Notes: generated by a model not told the origin, from the letters alone. A stretch of 64,000 nt of DNA from Oscillospiraceae bacterium (GCA_035380125.1 DAOSWV010000002.1:73270-137269); one strand, 5' to 3'. Counted from the first letter of the stretch, positions 11,030-21,236 are shown. Translations and numbers: made by a program.

Positions 11030-11815
11030 TTATACTGATTTTTCTTCTTTTGCCGCAAGATATTTTAAAAGTTTTTCATATTCATCTTGATAGCCGAAAG
11101 TCTCTATATCCCTTCGGTATTTGCGATAGATCATTTCTGCGGTTTTGAGTGTGTAATAATCCATCCAGTTGCCTTTATCGGTTTTGTTGTAATGCGCTAA
11201 AGGCGAGAAGCCGTATTTTTGGCGGATCGGTTCGTAATCGGTTTCGAGGTTTTCGAATTTGCCTACGAAATCCGCTATACATTTTCCGTTCCGATATAGG
11301 GTCAGATATTGAGAACGGAAATGCTCTTCCGCAAAGCGTTTTGGAATCATACACACCCTTTTTACAAAATGATCGAACCCTTTGTCTTTTGAGAGGAATC
11401 CGAGTAAGTAGTAGTCGTAGACGAGATGTTGCGGTTTGCCGGATTTGGTGGTTTTAGGATCATGATGATATTTGCTCTCATAACAGGAGACCAATCGATC
11501 AAAAGGATTGCGGACGAATGAAAAAATGAAATATTTCCGGTGGGTATTCGCCGTTTCGTATTTGTCCCGCAATACAGAATGAACCGAATAATCGTCATTG
11601 AATTTTCGGTTGGCCATGCTGGCTTTAATCGAGGAACAGGCAGCTTTCGGCACGGAGATATAGGTGATTTCTTTTTCGGGCATATCAATATGGCCGATCG
11701 GATAAAAGAGACCGTGTTTTATCAGGTTGAACAGCCCCTTGGCAAAGAGGTATATAGTTATCATAAAATCCCACTGCGAGAAGAAAGGCACAACTTTTTC
11801 ACGATAGATCCCCAT
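11030..11815 (-). CDS. Sulfotransferase, CHST-like, tandem paralog 3 of 4
   Basis: 261 aa with VPKAACSSIKAS and FSFVRNPFDRLVSCYESKYH. AGGAGG RBS is present. Confidence 0.7.
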   Translation of the reverse strand: MGIYREKVVPFFSQWDFMITIYLFAKGLFNLIKHGLFYPIGHIDMPEKEITYISVPKAACSSIKASMANRKFNDDYSVHSVLRDKYETANTHRKYFIFSFVRNPFDRLVSCYESKYHHDPKTTKSGKPQHLVYDYYLLGFLSKDKGFDHFVKRVCMIPKRFAEEHFRSQYLTLYRNGKCIADFVGKFENLETDYEPIRQKYGFSPLAHYNKTDKGNWMDYYTLKTAEMIYRKYRRDIETFGYQDEYEKLLKYLAAKEEKSV

Positions 11816-11842
11816 TTTTCCTCCTTGATTTAATAACGATGG

Positions 11843-12616
11843 TCAAGATATATTCTGCTCTTTTTCCGCGAGATATTTTAAAAGTTTTTCATATTCATCT
11901 TGGTACCCGAAGATTTCAAAGTCTTTTTTGAATTTACGGTAGACCATTTTCGCGGTTTTGGGCGTGTAATAATCCATCCAATTGCTTCTGTTGCTCTTAT
12001 TATAATGCCTTAAGGGATCAAAGCCATATTTCGCACGGATCGGTTCGTAATCGATTTCGAGGTTTTCGAATTTGCCGACAAAATCCATCATGCATTTGCC
12101 ATGACGGTAAATAGTGAGGTATTGAGAACGGAAATGCATGTTGGCGAACCTTTTCGGAATGATGCAGACGGATTTAATAAACCGATTGAACCCGCGGTCT
12201 TTTGCGAGTGAACCAAGGAGATAGAAGCGAAAATCCAAGACGTCCATCTTGATTTCGACATCACGGTGATATTTACTTTCATAGCAGGAAACCAGCCGGT
12301 CAAAGGGATTGCGGACAAAAGAGAATTTGAAATATTCGGGATCGTCTTTTAACAGTTTTGGTTCCCCGGGTATCTCCCGATGAACGGAATAATCGTCTTT
12401 GAAATTTTGAAGATATAAGCTTGCCTTAATAGAGGAGCAGGCAACTTTCGGCATAATACAGTAAGTAACTTTTTTATCCGGGATTTCCAGATAGGTCGGG
12501 GGATGAAAAAATCCAAACTTCACTAGGTTTTTGATTTCGTTGATTGCGGTATAACTCTGCGAGACAAGCCCCCAGCGTTCGAGAAAAGCGCCGACCTTTT
12601 TACGAAGTTTCCCCAT
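11843..12616 (-). CDS. Sulfotransferase, CHST-like, tandem paralog 2 of 4
   Basis: 257 aa with MPKVACSSIKAS and FSFVRNPFDRLVSCYESKYH. Its N-terminus MGKLRKK.GAFLERWGLVS is shared with the 10221 copy. Confidence 0.7.
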   Translation of the reverse strand: MGKLRKKVGAFLERWGLVSQSYTAINEIKNLVKFGFFHPPTYLEIPDKKVTYCIMPKVACSSIKASLYLQNFKDDYSVHREIPGEPKLLKDDPEYFKFSFVRNPFDRLVSCYESKYHRDVEIKMDVLDFRFYLLGSLAKDRGFNRFIKSVCIIPKRFANMHFRSQYLTIYRHGKCMMDFVGKFENLEIDYEPIRAKYGFDPLRHYNKSNRSNWMDYYTPKTAKMVYRKFKKDFEIFGYQDEYEKLLKYLAEKEQNIS

Positions 12617-12630
12617 TTTTTCTCCTTGTT

Positions 12631-13413
12631 TTAAGTGTTATTTAGAATTGGGTGTACCGATTTTTCTTCTTTTGCTGCAAGATATTTTAAAAGTTTTTCA
12701 TATTCATCTTGATAACCGAAAGTTTCGAAATCTTTTCGGTATTTGCGATAGACCATTTTGGCGGTTTTGGGCGTGTAATAATCCATCCAGTTGCCTTTAT
12801 CGGTTTTGTTGTAATGTTTCAACGGGGCAAAGCCGTACTTTTGGCGAATCGGTTCATAATCGGTTTCGAGGTTTTCGAATTTGCCTATGAAGTCTGCAAC
12901 GCATTTGCCATGGCGGTATAGGGAAGAATGCTGAGATCGAAAGTGTTTTTCAGCGAGACACCCCGGAATTCGGCAAATCGCTTTGATGAAGTGTTCAAAT
13001 CCCAGATCTTTAGAAATAATGCCCAATAAGTAGTGCTTATAAGTTAGATATGGTTTTTTGATGGCTGCGTCACGGTGAAATTTACTTTCATAACAAGAGG
13101 CCAACCGATCAAAAGGGTTGCGCACAAATGAAAATACAAAGTAATCGGAATTCAGACGGGGAAATCGAAATTTTCCGCCTATCGCCGTGTGTACCGAATA
13201 GTCATCCGGAAAGTTCCGGTTGGTAATACTGGCTTTAAAAGAGGAACAAGCCGCTTTCGGAATATTGATATAAGCGCTTTGTTTTTCGGGAACTTCAATA
13301 TATTCGGGCGGATCGACAAAGCCGAATCGAATCAAATGAATTGCCGACATCATAAAGACGTATGCAGTGATTGCAAAATCCCAACGCTTAATCCTTTCCC
13401 GAAATGTCCCCAT
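12631..13413 (-). CDS. Sulfotransferase, CHST-like, tandem paralog 1 of 4
   Basis: 260 aa with IPKAACSSFKAS and FSFVRNPFDRLASCYESKFH. The C-terminus is a mosaic of the 10221 and 11030 copies. Confidence 0.7.
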   Translation of the reverse strand: MGTFRERIKRWDFAITAYVFMMSAIHLIRFGFVDPPEYIEVPEKQSAYINIPKAACSSFKASITNRNFPDDYSVHTAIGGKFRFPRLNSDYFVFSFVRNPFDRLASCYESKFHRDAAIKKPYLTYKHYLLGIISKDLGFEHFIKAICRIPGCLAEKHFRSQHSSLYRHGKCVADFIGKFENLETDYEPIRQKYGFAPLKHYNKTDKGNWMDYYTPKTAKMVYRKYRKDFETFGYQDEYEKLLKYLAAKEEKSVHPILNNT

Positions 13414-13446
13414 ATTTCCTCCTATTTCGACAAATATTTGAAAATG

Positions 13447-13480
13447 AAAGAGGGGACATGGCAGTCCCCTCTTTTTGTTT
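13447..13480 (-). terminator. Hairpin terminator after rpsI (T-tracts on both strands)
   Basis: AAAGAGGGGA-catggcag-TCCCCTCTTT, flanked by TTTTGTTTT on + and TTTCATTTT on -. Confidence 0.7.
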
Positions 13481-13485
13481 TGTTG

Positions 13486-13884
13486 TTATCTCTTTGAGAA
13501 CTGCGGCGCGCGACGGGCCTTTTTGAGACCGTACTTCTTGCGCTCGACCATTCTCGGGTCACGTGTGAGGAACCCGGCTTTTTTCAGCGGCAGGCGGAGG
13601 TTTTCGTCAAACTTCAGCAGTGCGCGCGAAATGCCGTGGCGGATGGCACCCGCCTGACCGGAGACGCCGCCGCCGTCGACATTGCAGACGATGTCGAACT
13701 TCGCGGAGGTTTCGGTCAGCACCAGCGGCTGACGCACCAACAGCTTGAGGGTGTCGAGGCCGAAATAGTCGTCGATGGTGCGGTCGTTGATCGTGATGTT
13801 GCCGCTGCCCGGATAGAGGCGGACTCTGGCGACTGAGCTTTTTCTTCTGCCCGTGCCGTAGAAATAGGGAACTGTATCGTACAT
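13486..13884 (-). CDS. rpsI: 30S ribosomal protein S9
   Basis: 132 aa, with [15 protein letters not shown] near the N-terminus and [17 protein letters not shown] at the C-terminus. Confidence 0.95.
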   Translation of the reverse strand: MYDTVPYFYGTGRRKSSVARVRLYPGSGNITINDRTIDDYFGLDTLKLLVRQPLVLTETSAKFDIVCNVDGGGVSGQAGAIRHGISRALLKFDENLRLPLKKAGFLTRDPRMVERKKYGLKKARRAPQFSKR

Positions 13885-13898
13885 TTAAAGTGTCCTCC

Positions 13899-14333
13899 TT
13901 AGTCCTGATACGCGAGGGTCTTGGGCTTCTGAGCCTCGTGTTTGTGCTCGGCGCCGGCATAGACCTTCAGGCGGGACAAGCTGTTTCTGCCGATGGAATT
14001 GGCAGGCAACATGCGCTTGATCGCCAGATACATGGCTTTTTCGGGATCGTTGTTCATCATGGTCTTGTATTGGATGGACTTGAGATGACCGATATAGCCG
14101 GTGTGATACTGATAATACTTCTTCTCGGCTTTATTGCCGGTCAGAACCGCTTTGGCAGCGTTGACGATGATGACATTGTCGCCGCAGTCGACATGGGGTG
14201 TGAAGATGACTTTGTGTTTTCCGCGCAGGACAGCGGCAGCCTGTGCCGCAATTCTGCCCAGCGGTTTCCCGGCTGCATCTATCACATACCACTCGCGGGC
14301 AAGTTCGTTGCCCTTTGGCATAAATGTGGACAT
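13899..14333 (-). CDS. rplM: 50S ribosomal protein L13
   Basis: 144 aa. WYVIDAAGKPLGRIAAQAA..LRGKHK is typical of L13. The gene lies immediately upstream of rpsI. Confidence 0.95.
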   Translation of the reverse strand: MSTFMPKGNELAREWYVIDAAGKPLGRIAAQAAAVLRGKHKVIFTPHVDCGDNVIIVNAAKAVLTGNKAEKKYYQYHTGYIGHLKSIQYKTMMNNDPEKAMYLAIKRMLPANSIGRNSLSRLKVYAGAEHKHEAQKPKTLAYQD

Positions 14334-14432
14334 AAATCAGATTCCTCCGTTAAAATATCGCCTTTTGCAAAACCCCGTGAGCGGGTTTACGCTTAGCCTG
14401 ATTATTATAATGCAGCCAAAAATCGATGTCAA
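14334..14432 (-). promoter_or_regulatory. rplM promoter plus structured leader (candidate r-protein autoregulatory leader)
   Basis: Minus strand: TTGACA (14427-14432), 17 nt, TATAAT (14404-14409). The leader has hairpin AAACCCG-cuca-CGGGGUUU. A 5' AAUCAG is complementary to CUGAUU lying just 3' of the RBS (1 nt before the AUG), so the pairing would enclose the RBS. No homology to the Rfam L13 leader was tested. Confidence 0.45.
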
Positions 14433-14554
14433 GGGATTTTGGGGATTATTTTAAAACACGGTTTTAATAATCGATTTAACTTGATTTATGTCAATTTATC
14501 TTTGAATATCTCATTCCGAATTTTTATAAATTTGCAAAAAACGATCTGCGGCTC

Positions 14555-14583
14555 TTGACAATTATGTGACGGAGGTGTAAAAT
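14555..14583 (+). promoter_or_regulatory. rny promoter
   Basis: TTGACA (14555-14560), 17-nt spacer, TAAAAT (14578-14583). Confidence 0.6.
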
Positions 14584-14699
14584 TTGTAAGAATATTCGTG
14601 TACTTCGCCGGTTGTGAAGCTTGTATGCGTGTTTAGCTGAATTACGCATTTCATTTCCAGCGCCAAATGCACGGGTTTGACATACAGGAGGTGCAGTTT

Positions 14700-16355
14700 T
14701 TGAAACTGTTTAGTGCCGTAATCGGCGCATTGCTTGATCAACAGCCCGTTTGGGCGATTGTGATATGCGTAGTGGTAATTGTCCTGGCAATACTCGTCGG
14801 ATATCTGATTTCCGAGAGTAAGCACAAGAGAGAAGAGGCCAAAAATGCCGCGGCCCTGGAAGCGGCTAATATGCGTATCGCCGAAAGTGAAAGCAAGGCG
14901 GGCGAGATCATCCGCAACGCCAACAAAGAGGCCGCGAAGTTGCAGAATGAAGCGCTTCGCAATGCCGAAAGCCGGAAAAAAGAAATGATGATCGAGGCTA
15001 AGGATGAGATTTTTCATCTTCGTTCCGAGGCTGACAAGGAACTCAAAGAACGCCGCAAGGAAGTTCAATTTGCCGAACAGCGGCTGCTTCAAAAGGAAGA
15101 GGCCCTCGATCGTAAGCTCGAGAACGTCGACAAAAAAGAAGAATCCCTCAACGACAGAATTAAGCAGGCCGAGGCCAAAAACGCCGAAGCCGAAAAGCTC
15201 CGCCAGGATCAGCAGAAGCTGCTTGAGGAAATGTCCGGCTACACCGCCGAACAAGCTAAGAAGTATCTGTTGGATATGGTGGACGCAGAACTTGTTCACG
15301 ACAAAGCACTGCGGCTGAAAGCTTATGAAAACAATCTGAAAGAGGAGTCCGAATCCGCCGCCAAGGAGATTCTGACCACGGCCATTCAGCGTTATGCCGC
15401 AGAACACGTCTCCGAGGTTACGGTATCGGTTGTCCCGCTGCCGAACGACGAGATGAAAGGCCGCATCATCGGCCGCGAGGGTCGGAACATTCGTACCATC
15501 GAGACCATGACCGGCGTGGATCTGATCATTGACGACACGCCCGAGGCCATCACGATTTCATCCTTCGACCCGGTGCGCCGCGAAATTGCCCGTCAAGCCC
15601 TTGAAAAACTGGTCTGCGACGGACGTATCCACCCGGCACGCATCGAGGAGATTGTCGAAAAGACCCGCAACGAGGTCGAGGCCACGATCAAAGAGGCCGG
15701 CGAACGCGCCGCGCTCTCGGTCGGCATTCACGGCATCAACCCCGATCTGGTCAGAGTTCTCGGACGCCTGCGCTACCGCACAAGTTACGGGCAGAATGCG
15801 CTTGAACATTCCACAGAGGTCGCGTTTATCGCCGGACTCATGGCCGCCGAAATCGGCGTCGATCCGGTTATGGCACGCCGCGCGGGATTACTGCACGACA
15901 TCGGCAAGGCCATCGACCACGAAACCGAGGGGTCGCATGTCTCCATCGGTGCGGAACTGGCCAGAAAATACCGTGAGAACGAGATCGTCATCAACTCGAT
16001 CGAATCCCATCACGGCGACGTCGAGCCGACGGGCATCATCTCGGTGCTGGTTGCGGCAGCCGACGCGGTTTCCGCCGCAAGGCCGGGCGCAAGACGCGAA
16101 AACATCCAGACCTACATCAAGCGGCTTGAACAACTCGAGAATATCGCCAACAGCTTTGACGGCGTCGAGAAGTCCTTCGCCATGCAAGCCGGACGCGAGA
16201 TCCGCATCATGGTCAAGCCCGAACTGGTCAACGACGACACCATCACCGTCATGGCGCACGACATCGTCAAACGCATCGAGGACGAGATGGATTATCCCGG
16301 CCAGATCAAGGTGCACGTCATCCGCGAAAACCGCGCGATCGAGTTCGCGAAGTAA
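14700..16355 (+). CDS. rny: Ribonuclease Y
   Basis: N-terminal TM helix, coiled-coil KH region [15 protein letters not shown], and HD domain LLHDIGKA. The start is set to TTG 14700 (AGGAGG 8 nt upstream) rather than the track ATG 14667. Confidence 0.9.
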   Translation: MKLFSAVIGALLDQQPVWAIVICVVVIVLAILVGYLISESKHKREEAKNAAALEAANMRIAESESKAGEIIRNANKEAAKLQNEALRNAESRKKEMMIEAKDEIFHLRSEADKELKERRKEVQFAEQRLLQKEEALDRKLENVDKKEESLNDRIKQAEAKNAEAEKLRQDQQKLLEEMSGYTAEQAKKYLLDMVDAELVHDKALRLKAYENNLKEESESAAKEILTTAIQRYAAEHVSEVTVSVVPLPNDEMKGRIIGREGRNIRTIETMTGVDLIIDDTPEAITISSFDPVRREIARQALEKLVCDGRIHPARIEEIVEKTRNEVEATIKEAGERAALSVGIHGINPDLVRVLGRLRYRTSYGQNALEHSTEVAFIAGLMAAEIGVDPVMARRAGLLHDIGKAIDHETEGSHVSIGAELARKYRENEIVINSIESHHGDVEPTGIISVLVAAADAVSAARPGARRENIQTYIKRLEQLENIANSFDGVEKSFAMQAGREIRIMVKPELVNDDTITVMAHDIVKRIEDEMDYPGQIKVHVIRENRAIEFAK

Positions 16356-16368
16356 ATCACACAAATCA

Positions 16369-16410
16369 AACGCCGAGAACCGTTAATTCGGATCTCGGCG
16401 TTTTTGTTTT
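16369..16410 (+). terminator. rny terminator
   Basis: AACGCCGAGA ... TCTCGGCGTT followed by TTTTTGTTTT. Confidence 0.8.
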
Positions 16411-16431
16411 GGATTTTTACAAAATTAACAC

Positions 16432-16461
16432 TTGACAAGAGAAAACGGTTTATGCTATTAT
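16432..16461 (+). promoter_or_regulatory. trp operon promoter
   Basis: TTGACA (16432-16437), 18-nt spacer, TATTAT (16456-16461). Confidence 0.55.
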
Positions 16462-16780
16462 AAGCCAAACTTAATAATGGTTGTGAACCAAACCGCTGAA
16501 GCGGAGATAACGGTGATCATGATCCCACAGAGAGCCCGAGATGGTGGAATTCGGGCGGAAAACAAGTCATCAAATGGACCGCTGAGGGCGCAGGCGAAAA
16601 ACGAATCTGTCGATTTAAAGTAAATCTGACGATTTACTAAGTAGTTTGCGACGTGTGGGCATACGTCAGTTGCCGGGGATATGCTGGTATCCCGCAAAGC
16701 GCACGGCAATTGCCGTGAATCAAGGTGGCACCGCGAATGAGTATTCGTCCTTGACAGAATTTCTGTCAGGGATTTTTTGT
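16462..16780 (+). promoter_or_regulatory. T-box riboswitch leader, tryptophan (UGG) specifier
   Basis: AGAGAG box and distal GAGATGGTGGAATTC are present in Stem I. The specifier context is AAATGGA (TGG at 16575-16577). The T-box sequence AATCAAGGTGGCACCGCG lies at 16718-16735. Terminator TCCTTGACAGA-attt-CTGTCAGGGA plus TTTTTT lies at 16748-16778. The leader sits directly upstream of trpE. Confidence 0.85.
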
Positions 16781-16800
16781 TGTTTAAAGGAGTCGAGAGT

Positions 16801-18264
16801 ATGATCAGACCGAGTTTGGAAGAAGTCAAAAAAATCGCAGCGAGTGGGCAATACGGGGTCGTGCCGGTCAGCACCGAGATGCTGTCGGACATCAAAACGC
16901 CGATTGAGGTATTGAAAATTTTGAAAAACGTCTCCGGGCACTGTTATCTGCTGGAATCGGTGGCGGGAAACGAAAAATGGGGTCGGTACACCTTTTTGGG
17001 ATTTGACCCGAAACTCGAGATCACCTGCGTCAACCGGCAGATGAAAGTCGGGCCGCTGTCGTTCGAGACCGGCGATCCCGGAAAGTACATCCGACAGGTT
17101 TTGGGCGAACACAAGAGTCCGAAATTTTCGTATCTGCCGTCCTTTACCGGCGGGCTGGTCGGTTATTTTTCGTACGATTATCTGAAATACGCCGAGCCGA
17201 CATTGAATCCGGGTGTATCGGACATCGAGGGGTTCAAGGACGTCGACCTGATGTTGTTCGACAAGGTGATTGCGTTTGATAACTTCCGTCAAAAGATCAT
17301 TTTAATCGTCAATATGGCGCTGTCCGACGTGACCGAGAATTATAACAAAGCCATTATGGTGCTTGAAAACCTGAAAGACCTGATTCAAAACGGCAAACCC
17401 TGCGAGGACAAGCCCGGAAAGCTGACCGGCGAAATCAAGGCGTTGTTTGACAAAGAGCGATACTGCGAGATGGTCGAAAAGGCAAAATACCATATTCACG
17501 AGGGCGATATTTTTCAGATTGTGCTGTCCAACCGGCTCGAGGCCGAATTCGAGGGCAGTTTATTGAACGCTTATAGGGTGCTGCGCACCATCAATCCGTC
17601 GCCGTATATGTTCTTTTTTTCGTCGTCGGATATGGAGGTCGCCGGAGCTTCACCCGAGACGCTGGTCAAACTCGAGGATGGCGTGCTGCACACCTTCCCG
17701 CTGGCCGGAACCCGCCCGCGCGGCAAGACCGAGGAAGAGGATAAGGCGCTTGAAAAAGAATTATTAGCTGATCCCAAGGAACTGGCCGAACACAATATGT
17801 TGGTCGATTTGGGGCGCAACGATTTGGGGCGCATCAGCAAGTTCGGGACGGTCGCGGTCGAAAAACTGCGAAGCGTGGAACGGTATTCTCATGTGATGCA
17901 CATCGGCTCGGTGGTGCGCGGCGAAATTCGGGACGATAAAGACGCGCTCGACGCCATCGACGCGGTGCTGCCGGCGGGAACGCTCTCGGGCGCGCCGAAA
18001 ATCCGCGCCTGCCAGCTGATTGATGAACTTGAAAACAACAAGCGGGGCATTTACGGCGGGGCAATCGGGTATATTGACTTCACCGGAAATTTGGACACCT
18101 GCATTGCGATTCGGATCGCCTACAAGAAAAACGGCAGGGTGTTCGTGCGCAGCGGGGCGGGTATTGTGGCCGACTCGGTGCCGGAGAGCGAATATCAGGA
18201 GTGCCTGAACAAGGCGGCGGCGGTCATTAAAGCGTTGAAGACAGCAGAGGAGGAAGATTTATGA
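16801..18264 (+). CDS. trpE: Anthranilate synthase component I
   Basis: Chorismate-binding motifs LAGTRPRG, GRYSHVMHIGS and GGAIGY are present. The start is set to ATG 16801 (AAGGAG RBS, downstream of the T-box terminator) rather than 16777. Confidence 0.92.
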   Translation: MIRPSLEEVKKIAASGQYGVVPVSTEMLSDIKTPIEVLKILKNVSGHCYLLESVAGNEKWGRYTFLGFDPKLEITCVNRQMKVGPLSFETGDPGKYIRQVLGEHKSPKFSYLPSFTGGLVGYFSYDYLKYAEPTLNPGVSDIEGFKDVDLMLFDKVIAFDNFRQKIILIVNMALSDVTENYNKAIMVLENLKDLIQNGKPCEDKPGKLTGEIKALFDKERYCEMVEKAKYHIHEGDIFQIVLSNRLEAEFEGSLLNAYRVLRTINPSPYMFFFSSSDMEVAGASPETLVKLEDGVLHTFPLAGTRPRGKTEEEDKALEKELLADPKELAEHNMLVDLGRNDLGRISKFGTVAVEKLRSVERYSHVMHIGSVVRGEIRDDKDALDAIDAVLPAGTLSGAPKIRACQLIDELENNKRGIYGGAIGYIDFTGNLDTCIAIRIAYKKNGRVFVRSGAGIVADSVPESEYQECLNKAAAVIKALKTAEEEDL

Positions 18265-18839
18265 TTGTTTTGATCGATAATTACGACAGCTTTTCGTATA
18301 ACCTCTATCAACTGGTCGGCACGCTGAATCCAGACATCAAGGTTATCCGAAACGACGCGATGACGCCCGAACAGATCGATGCGTTAAAACCCGAGGCCAT
18401 CATCATTTCACCGGGGCCGGGCAGACCCGCCGACGCGGGTGTCAGTATTGAAACGATACGAAAGCTCGGGAGCAAATATCCGATTCTGGGGGTGTGTCTG
18501 GGGCATCAGGCCATCTGCGAGGCGTTCGGCGCGACGGTGTCCTATGCCAAAGAGCTGATGCACGGCAAACAGAGCCAAACCGAAATTGACACCGCTTGCC
18601 CGCTGTTCACCGGTCTGCCGAAGGCCATTCCGGTGGCGCGCTATCACTCGCTGGCGGCGGTCGAGAGCACGATGCCCGGCTGTTTGGAAGTGACCGCGCG
18701 CACCGAGGACGGAGAGATCATGGGCGTGAAACACAAACAATACGATATTTACGGCTTGCAGTTTCACCCGGAGTCGATTTTGACACCGGACGGTATGGAG
18801 ATATTGAAGAACTTTATGAGGAGGAGCAAAAATGATTAA
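18261..18839 (+). CDS. trpG: Anthranilate synthase component II (glutamine amidotransferase)
   Basis: 192 aa with the GATase-1 motif GVCLGHQ and FHPES. It overlaps the trpE stop. Confidence 0.9.
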   Translation: MIVLIDNYDSFSYNLYQLVGTLNPDIKVIRNDAMTPEQIDALKPEAIIISPGPGRPADAGVSIETIRKLGSKYPILGVCLGHQAICEAFGATVSYAKELMHGKQSQTEIDTACPLFTGLPKAIPVARYHSLAAVESTMPGCLEVTARTEDGEIMGVKHKQYDIYGLQFHPESILTPDGMEILKNFMRRSKND

Positions 18840-19848
18840 GGAAGCCATCGTCAAGATCGTCAATAAGGAAGATCTGACTTACGAAGAGGCCTATACCGTC
18901 ATGAACGAGATTATGAGCGGCGAGACCTCCCAGACCCAGAACGCCGCGTTTTTGGCCGCGCTTTCGACCAAGAGCACCAAGGCCGAGACCATCGACGAGA
19001 TTTCGGGCTGCGCCGCGGCGATGCGCGACCACGCGACCAAAGTGGTGCACGGTCTTGAAGTGCTCGACATCGTCGGCACGGGCGGCGACGGTGCGCACAG
19101 CTTTAATATTTCAACCGTCGCGGCGATTGTACTGGCGGCAGGCGGGGTCAGGGTGGCGAAACACGGAAACCGCGCGGCTTCGTCCAAATGCGGCACGGCG
19201 GACTGCCTTGAGGCGCTGGGGGTGAAAATCGAACTGTCGCCGGAAAAATGTGCCGAACTGCTGAAAATGACAGGCATCTGCTTTCTGTTCGCCCAGAAAT
19301 ACCATATGTCGATGAAATACGTAGGACCGATTCGCCGCGAACTCGGAATTCGAACCGTCTTTAACATCCTCGGGCCGCTGACCAATCCGGCGTCTCCGAC
19401 GATGCAGTTATTGGGCGTTTACGACGAAGCGTTGGTCGAGCCGCTGGCAAAAGTTATGGCGCAGCTCGGTATCAAGCGCGGGTTCGTCGTCCATTGTCGC
19501 GACCGGCTGGACGAGATGGCCACCTGCGCGCCGACGGTCGTCTGCGAGATCAAGGACGGGTATTACAAGAGCTTTATCATCAAACCGGAGGATTTTGGGT
19601 TTGTCCGTTGTAAAAAAGAAGACCTCTTGGGCGGTACGCCGCAGGAAAACGCACAGATCGCACTGGCGATTTTAAACGGCGAAAAAGGCCCCAAGCGTGA
19701 CACAGTGCTGATGAACGCGGGCGCGGGGCTTTATATCGCCGGGAAAGCCGCTTCAATTGCGGAGGGTATCAAGTTGGCAGAAGAATTGATCGACTCGGGC
19801 AAAGCCTTCAAAAAGCTCGGGGAATTTAAGGAAGAATCGAACAAATGA
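18832..19848 (+). CDS. trpD: Anthranilate phosphoribosyltransferase
   Basis: 338 aa with the DIVGTGGDG motif and [12 protein letters not shown]. Confidence 0.92.
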   Translation: MIKEAIVKIVNKEDLTYEEAYTVMNEIMSGETSQTQNAAFLAALSTKSTKAETIDEISGCAAAMRDHATKVVHGLEVLDIVGTGGDGAHSFNISTVAAIVLAAGGVRVAKHGNRAASSKCGTADCLEALGVKIELSPEKCAELLKMTGICFLFAQKYHMSMKYVGPIRRELGIRTVFNILGPLTNPASPTMQLLGVYDEALVEPLAKVMAQLGIKRGFVVHCRDRLDEMATCAPTVVCEIKDGYYKSFIIKPEDFGFVRCKKEDLLGGTPQENAQIALAILNGEKGPKRDTVLMNAGAGLYIAGKAASIAEGIKLAEELIDSGKAFKKLGEFKEESNK

Positions 19849-20636
19849 ATGGGGATATTTTAAAAACCATCGCCGCGTACACCCAAAAGCGGGTCGCGAA
19901 GGCGAAAAAGAGCGTTTCGGCGCGGCAAATGCGGGATATCGCCATTTCGATGCACGGGACGGCGGATTTTCCGTTCGAAAAAGCGCTGTCGGGCGCGGAG
20001 ATCGGTTTTATCTGTGAGGTCAAAAAGGCCTCGCCGTCAAAGGGGCTGATCGCACCGACATTTCCGTATTTGAAAATCGCCAAGGACTATGAAAAAGCGG
20101 GTGCGGCGGCGATCTCGGTGCTGACGGAGCCCAAGTGGTTTTTGGGACAGGACGACTATCTGCGGGAAATCGCGGGGGTGGTTTCGGTCCCGTGCCTGCG
20201 CAAGGACTTCACGGTCGACGAATATATGATTTACGAAGCCAGAACACTCGGCGCTTCGGCGGTGCTGCTGATTTGCTCGCTGCTCGACGCGGAGACGATT
20301 AAAAAATACATCGGCATCTGCGATATACTGGGGCTATCGGCGTTGGTAGAGGCGCATGACGAGAATGAGGTGAAAACCGCATTGTCGGCGGGCGCAAGAA
20401 TTATCGGCGTCAACAACCGCAATCTGCGTGATTTTACGGTTGATCTCGAAAACAGTGTGCGGCTTCGACAGTTGGTGCCGAAAGAGGTTTTGTTTGTGGC
20501 CGAAAGCGGCATCTCGACGGCGGAAGACGTGGAAAAGCTGCGCAATGCGGGCGTGAACGGTATTTTGGTCGGTGAGACCCTGATGCGCGCAGCTGACAAA
20601 AAGGCCGCGTTGGATGCGCTGAGAGGCATTTTATGA
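19845..20636 (+). CDS. trpC: Indole-3-glycerol phosphate synthase
   Basis: 263 aa with [19 protein letters not shown] and [11 protein letters not shown]. Confidence 0.9.
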   Translation: MNGDILKTIAAYTQKRVAKAKKSVSARQMRDIAISMHGTADFPFEKALSGAEIGFICEVKKASPSKGLIAPTFPYLKIAKDYEKAGAAAISVLTEPKWFLGQDDYLREIAGVVSVPCLRKDFTVDEYMIYEARTLGASAVLLICSLLDAETIKKYIGICDILGLSALVEAHDENEVKTALSAGARIIGVNNRNLRDFTVDLENSVRLRQLVPKEVLFVAESGISTAEDVEKLRNAGVNGILVGETLMRAADKKAALDALRGIL

Positions 20637-21235
20637 ACGAAGTAAAAATCAAAATCTGCGGGTTGTTCCGCGAACAGGATATCGAATATGCCAATGCGCT
20701 GAAACCGGATTATATCGGATTTGTGTTTGCGAAAAGTCATCGGCAGGTCACGCCCGGACAAGCAAAAAAACTGCGGCAAAAACTCGCGCCCGGGATGATA
20801 CCGGTCGGGGTATTTGTCGATGAACCGGTCGAACATGTGGCGAAACTGCTGTCCGACGGCGTGATTGAGATGGCGCAGCTGCACGGGCACGAGGATGAGA
20901 AATACATCACCGAGCTGCGTAAACTTTCCGGCAAGCGAATTATTCAGGCGTTTCGGATTACGGAAAATCGCGATGAGGAAAGAGCGGTTTTGTCGACGGC
21001 GGATGATATTTTACTCGACGGCGGGAGCGGTTCGGGCGTACAGTTTGACTGGACGTTGATTCAGGAGGTAAAAAGACCGTTTTTTCTGGCGGGCGGATTG
21101 AATCCGGAGAATGTGTCCGAAGCGATTCGGGTCGTAAAACCGTTCGCGGTTGACGCCAGTTCCGGGGTAGAGACCGGAAAAGTGAAAGATTTTGAAAAGA
21201 TGCGGCGTTTTATCGAAGCCGTAAGAGGTGTTTAA
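20633..21235 (+). CDS. trpF: Phosphoribosylanthranilate isomerase
   Basis: 200 aa. VKIKICGL and DYIGFVF motifs are present, and operon position fits. Confidence 0.88.
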   Translation: MNEVKIKICGLFREQDIEYANALKPDYIGFVFAKSHRQVTPGQAKKLRQKLAPGMIPVGVFVDEPVEHVAKLLSDGVIEMAQLHGHEDEKYITELRKLSGKRIIQAFRITENRDEERAVLSTADDILLDGGSGSGVQFDWTLIQEVKRPFFLAGGLNPENVSEAIRVVKPFAVDASSGVETGKVKDFEKMRRFIEAVRGV

Positions 21236-21236
21236 G

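Noticed and set aside
7990-13445. Calling the AT-rich segment a mobile genomic island.
   Set aside because: No integrase, transposase, tRNA attachment site or flanking direct repeats are visible. Only the compositional contrast and accessory-type cargo support acquisition, so it is reported as an observation and not as a mobile_element feature.
14667-14699. Track start (ATG 14667) for rny, giving an 11-aa longer N-terminus.
   Set aside because: AGGAGG at 14686-14691 sits inside that extension, at ideal spacing (8 nt) from TTG 14700. The shorter form begins directly with the expected N-terminal TM helix.
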